A stretch of 64,000 nucleotides of DNA from assembly GCF_009914755.1 (NCBI RefSeq), contig NC_060930.1. One strand, given 5' to 3'. The notes below the pieces were generated by a model. It did no database searches. It saw nothing but the letters and a program-made list of their open reading frames with translations, and was not told where the DNA came from. The stretch comes from the human T2T-CHM13v2.0 reference genome, Homo sapiens. The position numbers were made by a program, and so were the translations under genes. This document shows positions 25,490 through 39,256 of the stretch, piece after piece (positions within the stretch are counted from its first letter, which is position 1; every line of letters starts with the position of its first letter).

Positions 25490-28040
25490 TGTAGTATTTG
25501 CATGTGTATATTTAGAGCGCATTGAAGCCCACAGTAGAAAAGGAAATAACTTCACCTAAAACCTAGACAGAAGCAATCTCAGAAACTACTTTGTGATGTG
25601 TACATTCAACTCACAGAGTGGAACTTTCCTCTTTATAGAGCAGTGTTGAAACACTCTTTTTGTAGAAACTGCAAGTGGATATTTGGACCTCTTTGAGGCC
25701 TTCGTTGGAAACGGGATTTCTTCCTATAACCCTAGACAGAAGAATTTTCAGAAACCTCATTGTGATGTGTGCGTTCATCTCACAGAGTGGAGTCTTCCGT
25801 TTGATAGAGAAGTTTTGAAACCCTGTTCTTGTAGGATTTCCAAGTGGATATTTAGACCACTTTGAAGCCTATGATAGAAAAGGAAACATCTTCATGGAAA
25901 ACATAGATAGAATCATCCTCAGAAACAACTTTGTGATGTGTGCGTTGAACTCACCGTCTTTAACCTTTCTTTTGGTAGAGAAGTTTTGAAACACTCTCTT
26001 TGTAAAGTCTACAAGTGGATATTTTGAGCCCTTGGAGGCATTCTTTGGAAAAGGGAATGTCTTCACATAAAAGGCAGACGGAAGTGTTCTCAGAAACTGC
26101 TTTGTGATGTCTGTGTTCAACTCACAGAGTTTAACATTTCCTTTGATAGAGCGGTTTAGTAACCCTCTCTTTGTAGAATTTGGAAGTGTATACTAAGAGC
26201 GCTTTGAGGCCTATGGTAGAAAAGGAAATATCTTTCCATAAAAGCTAGACAGAAGCAATCTCAGAAACTCCTTTGCGATGTCTGCATTCAACTCACCGAG
26301 TGGAACATTCCTCTTGAGAGAGCAGTTTGGAAACACTCTTTCTGTAGAATCAGCTTGTTTGTATTTGGACCTCCTTGAGGCCTTCGTTGGAAACGGGTTT
26401 TCATCTTATAAACCCAGACAGAAGAATTCTCAGAGTCTTCTTTGTGATGTGTGCTTTCAACTCACCGAGATAAAGATTTCTCTTGATAGAGCAATTTGGA
26501 AACACTCTTTTTGTAGAATTTGCAAGGGTACATTGAGAGCGCTTTCAGGCCTATGGTAGAAAAGGGAATATCTTTCCATAAAAGGTAGACAGAAGCAATC
26601 TCAGAAACTACTTTGTGATGTGTGCATTCAACTCACCGAGTGCAACGTTCCTCTTGACCGAGCAGTTTGGAAACATTGTTTCTGTAGAATCTGCAAGTGG
26701 ATATTTGGACCTCTTTGAGGCCTTCGTTGGAAACGGGATTTCTTCCTATAAACCCAGACAGAAGAATTCTCAGAGACTTCTTTGTGATGTGTGAATTCAA
26801 CTCACAGTGTGGATCCTTCCTTTTGATAGAGCAGTTTTGAAACCCTGTTTTTGTAGTATTTCCAAGCGGATATTTGGAACGCCTTGAAGCGTATGGTAGA
26901 AAAGGAAATATCTTCCCATAAAACCTAGACAGAACCAATCTCAGAAACGACTTTGTGATGTCTGCATTCAAGTCACAGAGTTGAACATTTCTCTTGATAG
27001 AGCAGTTTTGAAACCCTCTTTCTGAAGGATCTGCAAGTGGATATTTGGAACTCCTTTGGGTCTTCGTTGGAAACGGGATTTCTTCGTATAAATCTAGACA
27101 GAAGAATTCTCAGAAACTTCCTTGTGATGTGTGCATTCAACTCAGCGAGTGGCACCTTCCTTTGGATACAGCAGTTTTGAAACACTGTTTTTGTAGTATT
27201 TCCAAGCGGATATTTAGAGCGCCTTGAAGCCTATGCTAGAAATGGAAATATCTCCCCATAAAACCAAGACGGAAGCAATCTCAGAAACTAATGTGTGATG
27301 GCTGCATTCCACACACACGGTGGACCATTTCTCTTGATAGAGCAGTTTTGAAACACTCTTTCTGTAGAATCTGCAAGTGGATAATTGGACCTCCGAGAGG
27401 CCTTCGTTGGAAACGGGATTTCTTCATCTAAACCTACAGAGAAGTATTCTCAGTAACTTCTTCGGATGTGTGCATTCGACGCACAGAATGGAACATTCCC
27501 TTTGATAGAGCAGTTTTGAGACACCGTTTTTGTAGAATTCCCAAGTGGATATTTAGAGCACTTTGAAGTCTCTGCTAGAAAAGGAAACATCATCATGTAA
27601 AAAGTAGATAGAATCGTTCTCAGAAAGTGCTTAGTGTCGTGTGCGTTCAACTGACAGAGTTTAACGTTTCTTTTGATAGAGCGTTTCTGAAACACCCTTC
27701 TTGTAGTAGCTGCAAGTGGATATTTGGACCTATTGGAGGCCTTCTTTGGAAATGGGATTTCTTCATGTAACTCTAGATTGAAGAATTCTCAGAAACTCCT
27801 TTGTGATGTGTGCATTCAATTCAAAGAGTGAAACCTCTCTTTTCACAGAGCAGTTTTGAAACACTGTTTTTGTAGGATTTCCAAGGGGATATTTATAGCG
27901 CATTGAGCCTACGGCGGAAAAAGAAACATCTTCCTATAAAAACTAGACAGAATACTTCTCAGAATCTGCTTTGCGATGTGTGCGTTCAACTCACAGAGTA
28001 AAACTTTTCTTTTGATAGAGCAGTTTTGAAACACTCTTTT
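25490..28040 (+). repeat. HOR unit U10, 15-mer (S) with L-type head allele
   Basis: Spacing 25683->28234 = 2551; ctttgcgatg at 26271. Confidence 0.97.
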
Positions 28041-31000
28041 TGTAGTATTTGCATGTGTATATTTAGAGCGCATTGAAGCCCACAGTAGAAAAGGAAATAA
28101 CTTCACCTAAAACCTAGACAGAAGCAATCACAGAAACTACTTTGTGATGTGTACATTCAACTCACAGAGTGGAACTTTCCTCTTTATAGAGCAGTGTTGA
28201 AACACTCTTTTTGTAGAAACTGCAAGTGGATATTTGGACCTCTTTGAGGCCTTCGTTGGAAACGGGATTTCTTCCTATAACCCTAGACAGAAGAATTTTC
28301 AGAAACCTCATTGTGATGTGTGCGTTCATCTCACAGAGTGGAGTCTTCCGTTTGATAGAGAAGTTTTGAAACCCTGTTCTTGTAGGATTTCCAAGTGGAT
28401 ATTTAGACCACTTTGAAGCCTATGATAGAAAAGGAAACATCTTCATGGAAAACATAGATAGAATCATCCTCAGAAACAACTTTGTGATGTGTGCGTTGAA
28501 CTCACCGTCTTTAACCTTTCTTTTGGTAGAGAAGTTTTGAAACACTCTCTTTGTAAAGTCTACAAGTGGATATTTTGAGCCCTTGGAGGCATTCTTTGGA
28601 AAAGGGAATGTCTTCACATAAAAGGCAGACAGAAGTGTTCTCAGAAACTGCTTTGTGATGTCTGTGTTCAACTCACAGAGTTTAACATTTCCTTTGATAG
28701 AGCGGTTTAGTAACCCTCTCTTTGTAGAATTTGGAAGTGTATACTAAGAGCGCTTTGAGGCCTATGGTAGAAAAGGAAATATCTTTCCATAAAAGCTAGA
28801 CAGAAGCAATCTCAGAAACTCCTTTGTGATGTCTGCATTCAACTCACCGAGTGGAACATTCCTCTTGAGAGAGCAGTTTGGAAACACTCTTTCTGTAGAA
28901 TCAGCTTGTTTGTATTTGGACCTCCTTGAGGCCTTCGTTGGAAACGGGTTTTCATCTTATAAACCCAGACAGAAGAATTCTCAGAGTCTTCTTTGTGATG
29001 TGTGCTTTCAACTCACCGAGATAAAGATTTCTCTTGATAGAGCAATTTGGAAACACTCTTTTTGTAGAATTTGCAAGGGTACATTGAGAGCGCTTTCAGG
29101 CCTATGGTAGAAAAGGGAATATCTTTCCATAAAAGGTAGACAGAAGCAATCTCAGAAACTACTTTGTGATGTGTGCATTCAACTCACCGAGTGCAACGTT
29201 CCTCTTGACCGAGCAGTTTGGAAACATTGTTTCTGTAGAATCTGCAAGTGGATATTTGGACCTCTTTGAGGCCTTCGTTGGAAACGGGATTTCTTCCTAT
29301 AAACCCAGACAGAAGAATTCTCAGAGACTTCTTTGTGATGTGTGAATTCAACTCACAGTGTGGATCCTTCCTTTTGATAGAGCAGTTTTGAAACCCTGTT
29401 TTTGTAGTATTTCCAAGCGGATATTTGGAACGCCTTGAAGCGTATGGTAGAAAAGGAAATATCTTCCCATAAAACCTAGACAGAACCAATCTCAGAAACG
29501 ACTTTGTGATGTCTGCATTCAACTCACAGAGTTGAACATTTCTCTTGATAGAGCAGTTTTGAAACCCTCTTTCTGAAGGATCTGCAAGTGGATATTTGGA
29601 ACTCCTTTGGGTCTTCGTTGGAAACGGGATTTCTTCGTATAAATCTAGACAGAAGAATTCTCCGAAACTTCTTTGGTTGTGTGCATTCAAGTCACAGAGT
29701 GGAACCTTCCTTTGGATAGAGCAGTTTGAAACGCCGTGGTTGTAGTATTTCCAAGCGGATATTAGAGCGCCTTGAGGCCTATGGTAGAAAAGGAAATATC
29801 TTCCCATAAAACCTAGACGGAAGCAATCTCAGAAACTACTGTGTGATGGCTGCATTCCACACACACGGTGGAACATTTCTCTTGATAGAGCAGTTTTGAA
29901 ACACTCTTTCTGTAGAATCTGCAAGTGGATAATTGGACCGCCTTGAGGCCTTCGTTGGAAACGGGATTTCTTCATGTTACTCTAGATAGAAGAATTCTCA
30001 AACACTGCTATGTGATGTTTGCATTCAAGTCACAGAGTGCAACATTCCTCTTGGTAGAGCAGTTGGGAAACACTCCTTTTGTAGAATCTGCAATGGGATA
30101 TTTGGACTTCTTTGAGGCCTTCGTTGGAAACGGGATTTCTTCGTATGAATCTAGACAGAAGAATTCTCAGAAACTTCCTTGTGATGTGTGCATTCAACTC
30201 AGCGAGTGGCACCTTCCTTTGGATACAGCAGTTTTGAAACACTGTTTTTGTAGTATTTCCAAGCGGATATTTAGAGCGCCTTGAAGCCTATGCTAGAAAT
30301 GGAAATATCTCCCCATAAAACCAAGACAGAAGCAATCTCAGAAACTAATGTGTGATGGCTGCATTCCACACACACGGTGGACCATTTCTCTTGATAGAGC
30401 AGTTTTGAAACACTCTTTCTGTAGAATCTGCAAGTGGATAATTGGACCTCCTAGAGGCCTTCGTTGGAAACGGGATTTCTTCATCTAAACCTACAGAGAA
30501 GAATTCTCAGTAACTTCTTCGGATGTGTGCATTCGACGCACAGAATGGAACATTCCCTTTGATAGAGCAGTTTTGAGACACCGTTTTTGTAGAATTCCCA
30601 AGTGGATATTTAGAGCACTTTGAAGTCTCTGCTAGAAAAGGAAACATCTTCATGTAAAAAGTAGATAGAATCGTTCTCAGAAAGTGCTTAGTGACGTGTG
30701 CGTTCAACTCACAGAGTTTAACGTTTCTTTTGATAGAGCGTTTCTGAAACACCCTTCTTGTAGTAGCTGCAAGTGGATATTTGGACCTATTGGAGGCCTT
30801 CTTTGGAAATGGGATTTCTTCATGTAACTCTAGATTGAAGAGTTCTCAGAAACTCCTTTGTGATGTGTGCATTCAATTCAAAGAGTGAAACCTCCCTTTT
30901 CACAGAGCAGTTTTGAAACACTGTTTTTGTAGGATTTCCAAGGGGATATTTATAGCGCATTGAGCCTACGGCGGAAAAAGAAACATCTTCCTATAAAAAC

Positions 31001-31097
31001 TAGACAGAATACTTCTCAGAATCTGCTTTGCGATGTGTGCGTTCAACTCACAGAGTAAAACTTTTCTTTTGATAGAGCAGTTTTGAAACACTCTTTT
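28041..31097 (+). repeat. HOR unit U11, 18-mer (L)
   Basis: Spacing 28234->31291 = 3057. Confidence 0.97.
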
Positions 31098-33648
31098 TGT
31101 AGTATTTGCATGTGTATATTTAGAGCGCATTGAAGCCCACAGTAGAAAAGGAAATAACTTCACCTAAAACCTAGACAGAAGCAATCTCAGAAACTACTTT
31201 GTGATGTGTACATTCAACTCACAGAGTGGAACTTTCCTCTTTATAGAGCAGTGTTGAAACACTCTTTTTGTAGAAACTGCAAGTGGATATTTGGACCTCT
31301 TTGAGGCCTTCGTTGGAAACGGGATTTCTTCCTATAACCCTAGACAGAAGAATTTTCAGAAACCTCATTGTGATGTGTGCGTTCATCTCACAGAGTGGAG
31401 TCTTCCGTTTGATAGAGAAGTTTTGAAACCCTGTTCTTGTAGGATTTCCAAGTGGATATTTAGACCACTTTGAAGCCTATGATAGAAAAGGAAACATCTT
31501 CATGGAAAACATAGATAGAATCATCCTCAGAAACAACTTTGTGATGTGTGCGTTGAACTCACCGTCTTTAACCTTTCTTTTGGTAGAGAAGTTTTGAAAC
31601 ACTCTCTTTGTAAAGTCTACAAGTGGATATTTTGAGCCCTTGGAGGCATTCTTTGGAAAAGGGAATGTCTTCACATAAAAGGCAGACGGAAGTGTTCTCA
31701 GAAACTGCTTTGTGATGTCTGTGTTCAACTCACAGAGTTTAACATTTCCTTTGATAGAGCGGTTTAGTAACCCTCTCTTTGTAGAATTTGGAAGTGTATA
31801 CTAAGAGCGCTTTGAGGCCTATGGTAGAAAAGGAAATATCTTTCCATAAAAGCTAGACAGAAGCAATCTCAGAAACTCCTCTGTGATGTCTGCATTCAAC
31901 TCACCGAGTGGAACATTCCTCTTGAGAGAGCAGTTTGGAAACACTCTTTCTGTAGAATCAGCTTGTTTGTATTTGGACCTCCTTGAGGCCTTCGTTGGAA
32001 ACGGGTTTTCATCTTATAAACCCAGACAGAAGAATTCTCAGAGTCTTCTTTGTGATGTGTGCTTTCAACTCACCGAGATAAAGATTTCTCTTGATAGAGC
32101 AATTTGGAAACACTCTTTTTGTAGAATTTGCAAGGGTACATTGAGAGCGCTTTCAGGCCTATGGTAGAAAAGGGAATATCTTTCCATAAAAGGTAGACAG
32201 AAGCAATCTCAGAAACTACTTTGTGATGTGTGCATTCAACTCACCGAGTGCAACGTTCCTCTTGACCGAGCAGTTTGGAAACATTGTTTCTGTAGAATCT
32301 GCAAGTGGATATTTGGACCTCTTTGAGGCCTTCGTTGGAAACGGGATTTCTTCCTATAAACCCAGACAGAAGAATTCTCAGAGACTTCTTTGTGATGTGT
32401 GAATTCAACTCACAGTGTGGATCCTTCCTTTTGATAGAGCAGTTTTGAAACCCTGTTTTTGTAGTATTTCCAAGCGGATATTTGGAACGCCTTGAAGCGT
32501 ATGGTAGAAAAGGAAATATCTTCCCATAAAACCTAGACAGAACCAATCTCAGAAACGACTTTGTGATGTCTGCATTCAAGTCACAGAGTTGAACATTTCT
32601 CTTGATAGAGCAGTTTTGAAACCCTCTTTCTGAAGGATCTGCAAGTGGATATTTGGAACTCCTTTGGGTCTTCGTTGGAAACGGGATTTCTTCGTATAAA
32701 TCTAGACAGAAGAATTCTCAGAAACTTCCTTGTGATGTGTGCATTCAACTCAGCGAGTGGCACCTTCCTTTGGATACAGCAGTTTTGAAACACTGTTTTT
32801 GTAGTATTTCCAAGCGGATATTTAGAGCGCCTTGAAGCCTATGCTAGAAATGGAAATATCTCCCCATAAAACCAAGACGGAAGCAATCTCAGAAACTAAT
32901 GTGTGATGGCTGCATTCCACACACACGGTGGACCATTTCTCTTGATAGAGCAGTTTTGAAACACTCTTTCTGTAGAATCTGCAAGTGGATAATTGGACCT
33001 CCGAGAGGCCTTCGTTGGAAACGGGATTTCTTCATCTAAACCTACAGAGAAGTATTCTCAGTAACTTCTTCGGATGTGTGCATTCGACGCACAGAATGGA
33101 ACATTCCCTTTGATAGAGCAGTTTTGAGACACCGTTTTTGTAGAATTCCCAAGTGGATATTTAGAGCACTTTGAAGTCTCTGCTAGAAAAGGAAACATCA
33201 TCATGTAAAAAGTAGATAGAATCGTTCTCAGAAAGTGCTTAGTGTCGTGTGCGTTCAACTCACAGAGTTTAACGTTTCTTTTGATAGAGCGTTTCTGAAA
33301 CACCCTTCTTGTAGTAGCTGCAAGTGGATATTTGGACCTATTGGAGGCCTTCTTTGGAAATGGGATTTCTTCATGTAACTCTAGATTGAAGAATTCTCAG
33401 AAACTCCTTTGTGATGTGTGCATTCAATTCAAAGAGTGAAACCTCCCTTTTCACAGAGCAGTTTTGAAACACTGTTTTTGTAGGATTTCCAAGGGGATAT
33501 TTATAGCGCATTGAGCCTACGGCGGAAAAAGAAACATCTTCCTATAAAAACTAGACAGAATACTTCTCAGAATCTGCTTTGCGATGTGTGCGTTCAACTC
33601 ACAGAGTAAAACTTTTCTTTTGATAGAGCAGTTTTGAAACACTCTTTT
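31098..33648 (+). repeat. HOR unit U12, 15-mer (S)
   Basis: Spacing 31291->33842 = 2551. Confidence 0.97.
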
Positions 33649-36600
33649 TGTAGTATTTGCATGTGTATATTTAGAGCGCATTGAAGCCCACAGTAGAAAA
33701 GGAAATAACTTCACCTAAAACCTAGACAGAAGCAATCTCAGAAACTACTTTGTGATGTGTACATTCAACTCACAGAGTGGAACTTTCCTCTTTATAGAGC
33801 AGTGTTGAAACACTCTTTTTGTAGAAACTGCAAGTGGATATTTGGACCTCTTTGAGGCCTTCGTTGGAAACGGGATTTCTTCCTATAACCCTAGACAGAA
33901 GAATTTTCAGAAACCTCATTGTGATGTGTGCGTTCATCTCACAGAGTGGAGTCTTCCGTTTGATAGAGAAGTTTTGAAACCCTGTTCTTGTAGGATTTCC
34001 AAGTGGATATTTAGACCACTTTGAAGCCTATGATAGAAAAGGAAACATCTTCATGGAAAACATAGATAGAATCATCCTCAGAAACAACTTTGTGATGTGT
34101 GCATTGAACTCAACGTCTTTAACCTTTCTTTTGGTAGAGAAGTTTTGAAACACTCTCTTTGTAAAGTCTACAAGTGGATATTTTGAGCCCTTGGAGGCAT
34201 TCTTTGGAAAAGGGAATGTCTTCACATAAAAGGCAGACGGAAGTGTTCTCAGAAACTGCTTTGTGATGTCTGTGTTCAACTCACAGAGTTTAACATTTCC
34301 TTTGATAGAGCGGTTTAGTAACCCTCTCTTTGTAGAATTTGGAAGTGTATACTAAGAGCGCTTTGAGGCCTATGGTAGAAAAGGAAATATCTTTCCATAA
34401 AAGCTAGACAGAAGCAATCTCAGAAACTCCTTTGCGATGTCTGCATTCAACTCACCGAGTGGAACATTCCTCTTGAGAGAGCAGTTTGGAAACACTCTTT
34501 CTGTAGAATCAGCTTGTTTGTATTTGGACCTCCTTGAGGCCTTCGTTGGAAACGGGTTTTCATCTTATAAACCCAGACAGAAGAATTCTCAGAGTCTTCT
34601 TTGTGATGTGTGCTTTCAACTCACCGAGATAAAGATTTCTCTTGATAGAGCAATTTGGAAACACTCTTTTTGTAGAATTTGCAAGGGTACATTGAGAGCG
34701 CTTTCAGGCCTATGGTAGAAAAGGGAATATCTTTCCATAAAAGGTAGACAGAAGCAATCTCAGAAACTACTTTGTGATGTGTGCATTCAACTCACCGAGT
34801 GCAACGTTCCTCTTGACCGAGCAGTTTGGAAACATTGTTTCTGTAGAATCTGCAAGTGGATATTTGGACCTCTTTGAGGCCTTCGTTGGAAACGGGATTT
34901 CTTCCTATAAACCCAGACAGAAGAATTCTCAGAGACTTCTTTGTGATGTGTGAATTCAACTCACAGTGTGGATCCTTCCTTTTGATAGAGCAGTTTTGAA
35001 ACCCTGTTTTTGTAGTATTTCCAAGCGGATATTTGGAACGCCTTGAAGCGTATGGTAGAAAAGGAAATATCTTCCCATAAAACCTAGACAGAACCAATCT
35101 CAGAAACGACTTTGTGATGTCTGCATTCAACTCACAGAGTTGAACATTTCTCTTGATAGAGCAGTTTTGAAACCCTCTTTCTGAAGGATCTGCAAGTGGA
35201 TATTTGGAACTCCTTTGGGTCTTCGTTGGAAACGGGATTTCTTCGTATAAATCTAGACAGAAGAATTCTCCGAAACTTCTTTGGTTGTGTGCATTCAAGT
35301 CACAGAGTGGAACCTTCCTTTGGATAGAGCAGTTTGAAACGCCGTGGTTGTAGTATTTCCAAGCGGATATTAGAGCGCCTTGAGGCCTATGGTAGAAAAG
35401 GAAATATCTTCCCATAAAACCTAGACGGAAGCAATCTCAGAAACTACTGTGTGATGGCTGCATTCCACACACACGGTGGAACATTTCTCTTGATAGAGCA
35501 GTTTTGAAACACTCTTTCTGTAGAATCTGCAAGTGGATAATTGGACCGCCTTGAGGCCTTCGTTGGAAACGGGATTTCTTCATGTTACTCTAGATAGAAG
35601 AATTCTCAAACACTGCTATGTGATGTTTGCATTCAAGTCACAGAGTGCAACATTCCTCTTGGTAGAGCAGTTGGGAAACACTCCTTTTGTAGAATCTGCA
35701 ATGGGATATTTGGACTTCTTTGAGGCCTTCGTTGGAAACGGGATTTCTTCGTATGAATCTAGACAGAAGAATTCTCAGAAACTTCCTTGTGATGTGTGCA
35801 TTCAACTCAGCGAGTGGCACCTTCCTTTGGATACAGCAGTTTTGAAACACTGTTTTTGTAGTATTTCCAAGCGGATATTTAGAGCGCCTTGAAGCCTATG
35901 CTAGAAATGGAAATATCTCCCCATAAAACCAAGACAGAAGCAATCTCAGAAACTAATGTGTGATGGCTGCATTCCACACACACGGTGGACCATTTCTCTT
36001 GATAGAGCAGTTTTGAAACACTCTTTCTGTAGAATCTGCAAGTGGATAATTGGACCTCCTAGAGGCCTTCGTTGGAAACGGGATTTCTTCATCTAAACCT
36101 ACAGAGAAGAATTCTCAGTAACTTCTTCGGATGTGTGCATTCGACGCACAGAATGGAACATTCCCTTTGATAGAGCAGTTTTGAGACACCGTTTTTGTAG
36201 AATTCCCAAGTGGATATTTAGAGCACTTTGAAGTCTCTGCTAGAAAAGGAAACATCTTCATGTAAAAAGTAGATAGAATCGTTCTCAGAAAGTGCTTAGT
36301 GACGTGTGCGTTCAACTCACAGAGTTTAACGTTTCTTTTGATAGAGCGTTTCTGAAACACCCTTCTTGTAGTAGCTGCAAGTGGATATTTGGACCTATTG
36401 GAGGCCTTCTTTGGAAATGGGATTTCTTCATGTAACTCTAGATTGAAGAGTTCTCAGAAACTCCTTTGTGATGTGTGCATTCAATTCAAAGAGTGAAACC
36501 TCCCTTTTCACAGAGCAGTTTTGAAACACTGTTTTTGTAGGATTTCCAAGGGGATATTTATAGCGCATTGAGCCTACGGCGGAAAAAGAAACATCTTCCT

Positions 36601-36705
36601 ATAAAAACTAGACAGAATACTTCTCAGAATCTGCTTTGCGATGTGTGCGTTCAACTCACAGAGTAAAACTTTTCTTTTGATAGAGCAGTTTTGAAACACT
36701 CTTTT
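33649..36705 (+). repeat. HOR unit U13, 18-mer (L)
   Basis: Spacing 33842->36899 = 3057. Confidence 0.97.
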
Positions 36706-39256
36706 TGTAGTATTTGCATGTGTATATTTAGAGCGCATTGAAGCCCACAGTAGAAAAGGAAATAACTTCACCTAAAACCTAGACAGAAGCAATCTCAGAA
36801 ACTACTTTGTGATGTGTACATTCAACTCACAGAGTGGAACTTTCCTCTTTATAGAGCAGTGTTGAAACACTCTTTTTGTAGAAACTGCAAGTGGATATTT
36901 GGACCTCTTTGAGGCCTTCGTTGGAAACGGGATTTCTTCCTATAACCCTAGACAGAAGAATTTTCAGAAACCTCATTGTGATGTGTGCGTTCATCTCACA
37001 GAGTGGAGTCTTCCGTTTGATAGAGAAGTTTTGAAACCCTGTTCTTGTAGGATTTCCAAGTGGATATTTAGACCACTTTGAAGCCTATGATAGAAAAGGA
37101 AACATCTTCATGGAAAACATAGATAGAATCATCCTCAGAAACAACTTTGTGATGTGTGCGTTGAACTCACCGTCTTTAACCTTTCTTTTGGTAGAGAAGT
37201 TTTGAAACACTCTCTTTGTAAAGTCTACAAGTGGATATTTTGAGCCCTTGGAGGCATTCTTTGGAAAAGGGAATGTCTTCACATAAAAGGCAGACGGAAG
37301 TGTTCTCAGAAACTGCTTTGTGATGTCTGTGTTCAACTCACAGAGTTTAACATTTCCTTTGATAGAGCGGTTTAGTAACCCTCTCTTTGTAGAATTTGGA
37401 AGTGTATACTAAGAGCGCTTTGAGGCCTATGGTAGAAAAGGAAATATCTTTCCATAAAAGCTAGACAGAAGCAATCTCAGAAACTCCTCTGTGATGTCTG
37501 CATTCAACTCACCGAGTGGAACATTCCTCTTGAGAGAGCAGTTTGGAAACACTCTTTCTGTAGAATCAGCTTGTTTGTATTTGGACCTCCTTGAGGCCTT
37601 CGTTGGAAACGGGTTTTCATCTTATAAACCCAGACAGAAGAATTCTCAGAGTCTTCTTTGTGATGTGTGCTTTCAACTCACCGAGATAAAGATTTCTCTT
37701 GATAGAGCAATTTGGAAACACTCTTTTTGTAGAATTTGCAAGGGTACATTGAGAGCGCTTTCAGGCCTATGGTAGAAAAGGGAATATCTTTCCATAAAAG
37801 GTAGACAGAAGCAATCTCAGAAACTACTTTGTGATGTGTGCATTCAACTCACCGAGTGCAACGTTCCTCTTGACCGAGCAGTTTGGAAACATTGTTTCTG
37901 TAGAATCTGCAAGTGGATATTTGGACCTCTTTGAGGCCTTCGTTGGAAACGGGATTTCTTCCTATAAACCCAGACAGAAGAATTCTCAGAGACTTCTTTG
38001 TGATGTGTGAATTCAACTCACAGTGTGGATCCTTCCTTTTGATAGAGCAGTTTTGAAACCCTGTTTTTGTAGTATTTCCAAGCGGATATTTGGAACGCCT
38101 TGAAGCGTATGGTAGAAAAGGAAATATCTTCCCATAAAACCTAGACAGAACCAATCTCAGAAACGACTTTGTGATGTCTGCATTCAAGTCACAGAGTTGA
38201 ACATTTCTCTTGATAGAGCAGTTTTGAAACCCTCTTTCTGAAGGATCTGCAAGTGGATATTTGGAACTCCTTTGGGTCTTCGTTGGAAACGGGATTTCTT
38301 CGTATAAATCTAGACAGAAGAATTCTCAGAAACTTCCTTGTGATGTGTGCATTCAACTCAGCGAGTGGCACCTTCCTTTGGATACAGCAGTTTTGAAACA
38401 CTGTTTTTGTAGTATTTCCAAGCGGATATTTAGAGCGCCTTGAAGCCTATGCTAGAAATGGAAATATCTCCCCATAAAACCAAGACGGAAGCAATCTCAG
38501 AAACTAATGTGTGATGGCTGCATTCCACACACACGGTGGACCATTTCTCTTGATAGAGCAGTTTTGAAACACTCTTTCTGTAGAATCTGCAAGTGGATAA
38601 TTGGACCTCCTAGAGGCCTTCGTTGGAAACGGGATTTCTTCATCTAAACCTACAGAGAAGAATTCTCAGTAACTTCTTCGGATGTGTGCATTCGACGCAC
38701 AGAATGGAACATTCCCTTTGATAGAGCAGTTTTGAGACACCGTTTTTGTAGAATTCCCAAGTGGATATTTAGAGCACTTTGAAGTCTCTGCTAGAAAAGG
38801 AAACATCTTCATGTAAAAAGTAGATAGAATCGTTCTCAGAAAGTGCTTAGTGACGTGTGCGTTCAACTCACAGAGTTTAACGTTTCTTTTGATAGAGCGT
38901 TTCTGAAACACCCTTCTTGTAGTAGCTGCAAGTGGATATTTGGACCTATTGGAGGCCTTCTTTGGAAATGGGATTTCTTCATGTAACTCTAGATTGAAGA
39001 GTTCTCAGAAACTCCTTTGTGATGTGTGCATTCAATTCAAAGAGTGAAACCTCCCTTTTCACAGAGCAGTTTTGAAACACTGTTTTTGTAGGATTTCCAA
39101 GGGGATATTTATAGCGCATTGAGCCTACGGCGGAAAAAGAAACATCTTCCTATAAAAACTAGACAGAATACTTCTCAGAATCTGCTTTGCGATGTGTGCG
39201 TTCAACTCACAGAGTAAAACTTTTCTTTTGATAGAGCAGTTTTGAAACACTCTTTT
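36706..39256 (+). repeat. HOR unit U14, 15-mer (S) with L-type 3' tail
   Basis: Spacing 36899->39450 = 2551; gtgacgtg, catcttcatg, gaagagttc alleles. Confidence 0.97.
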
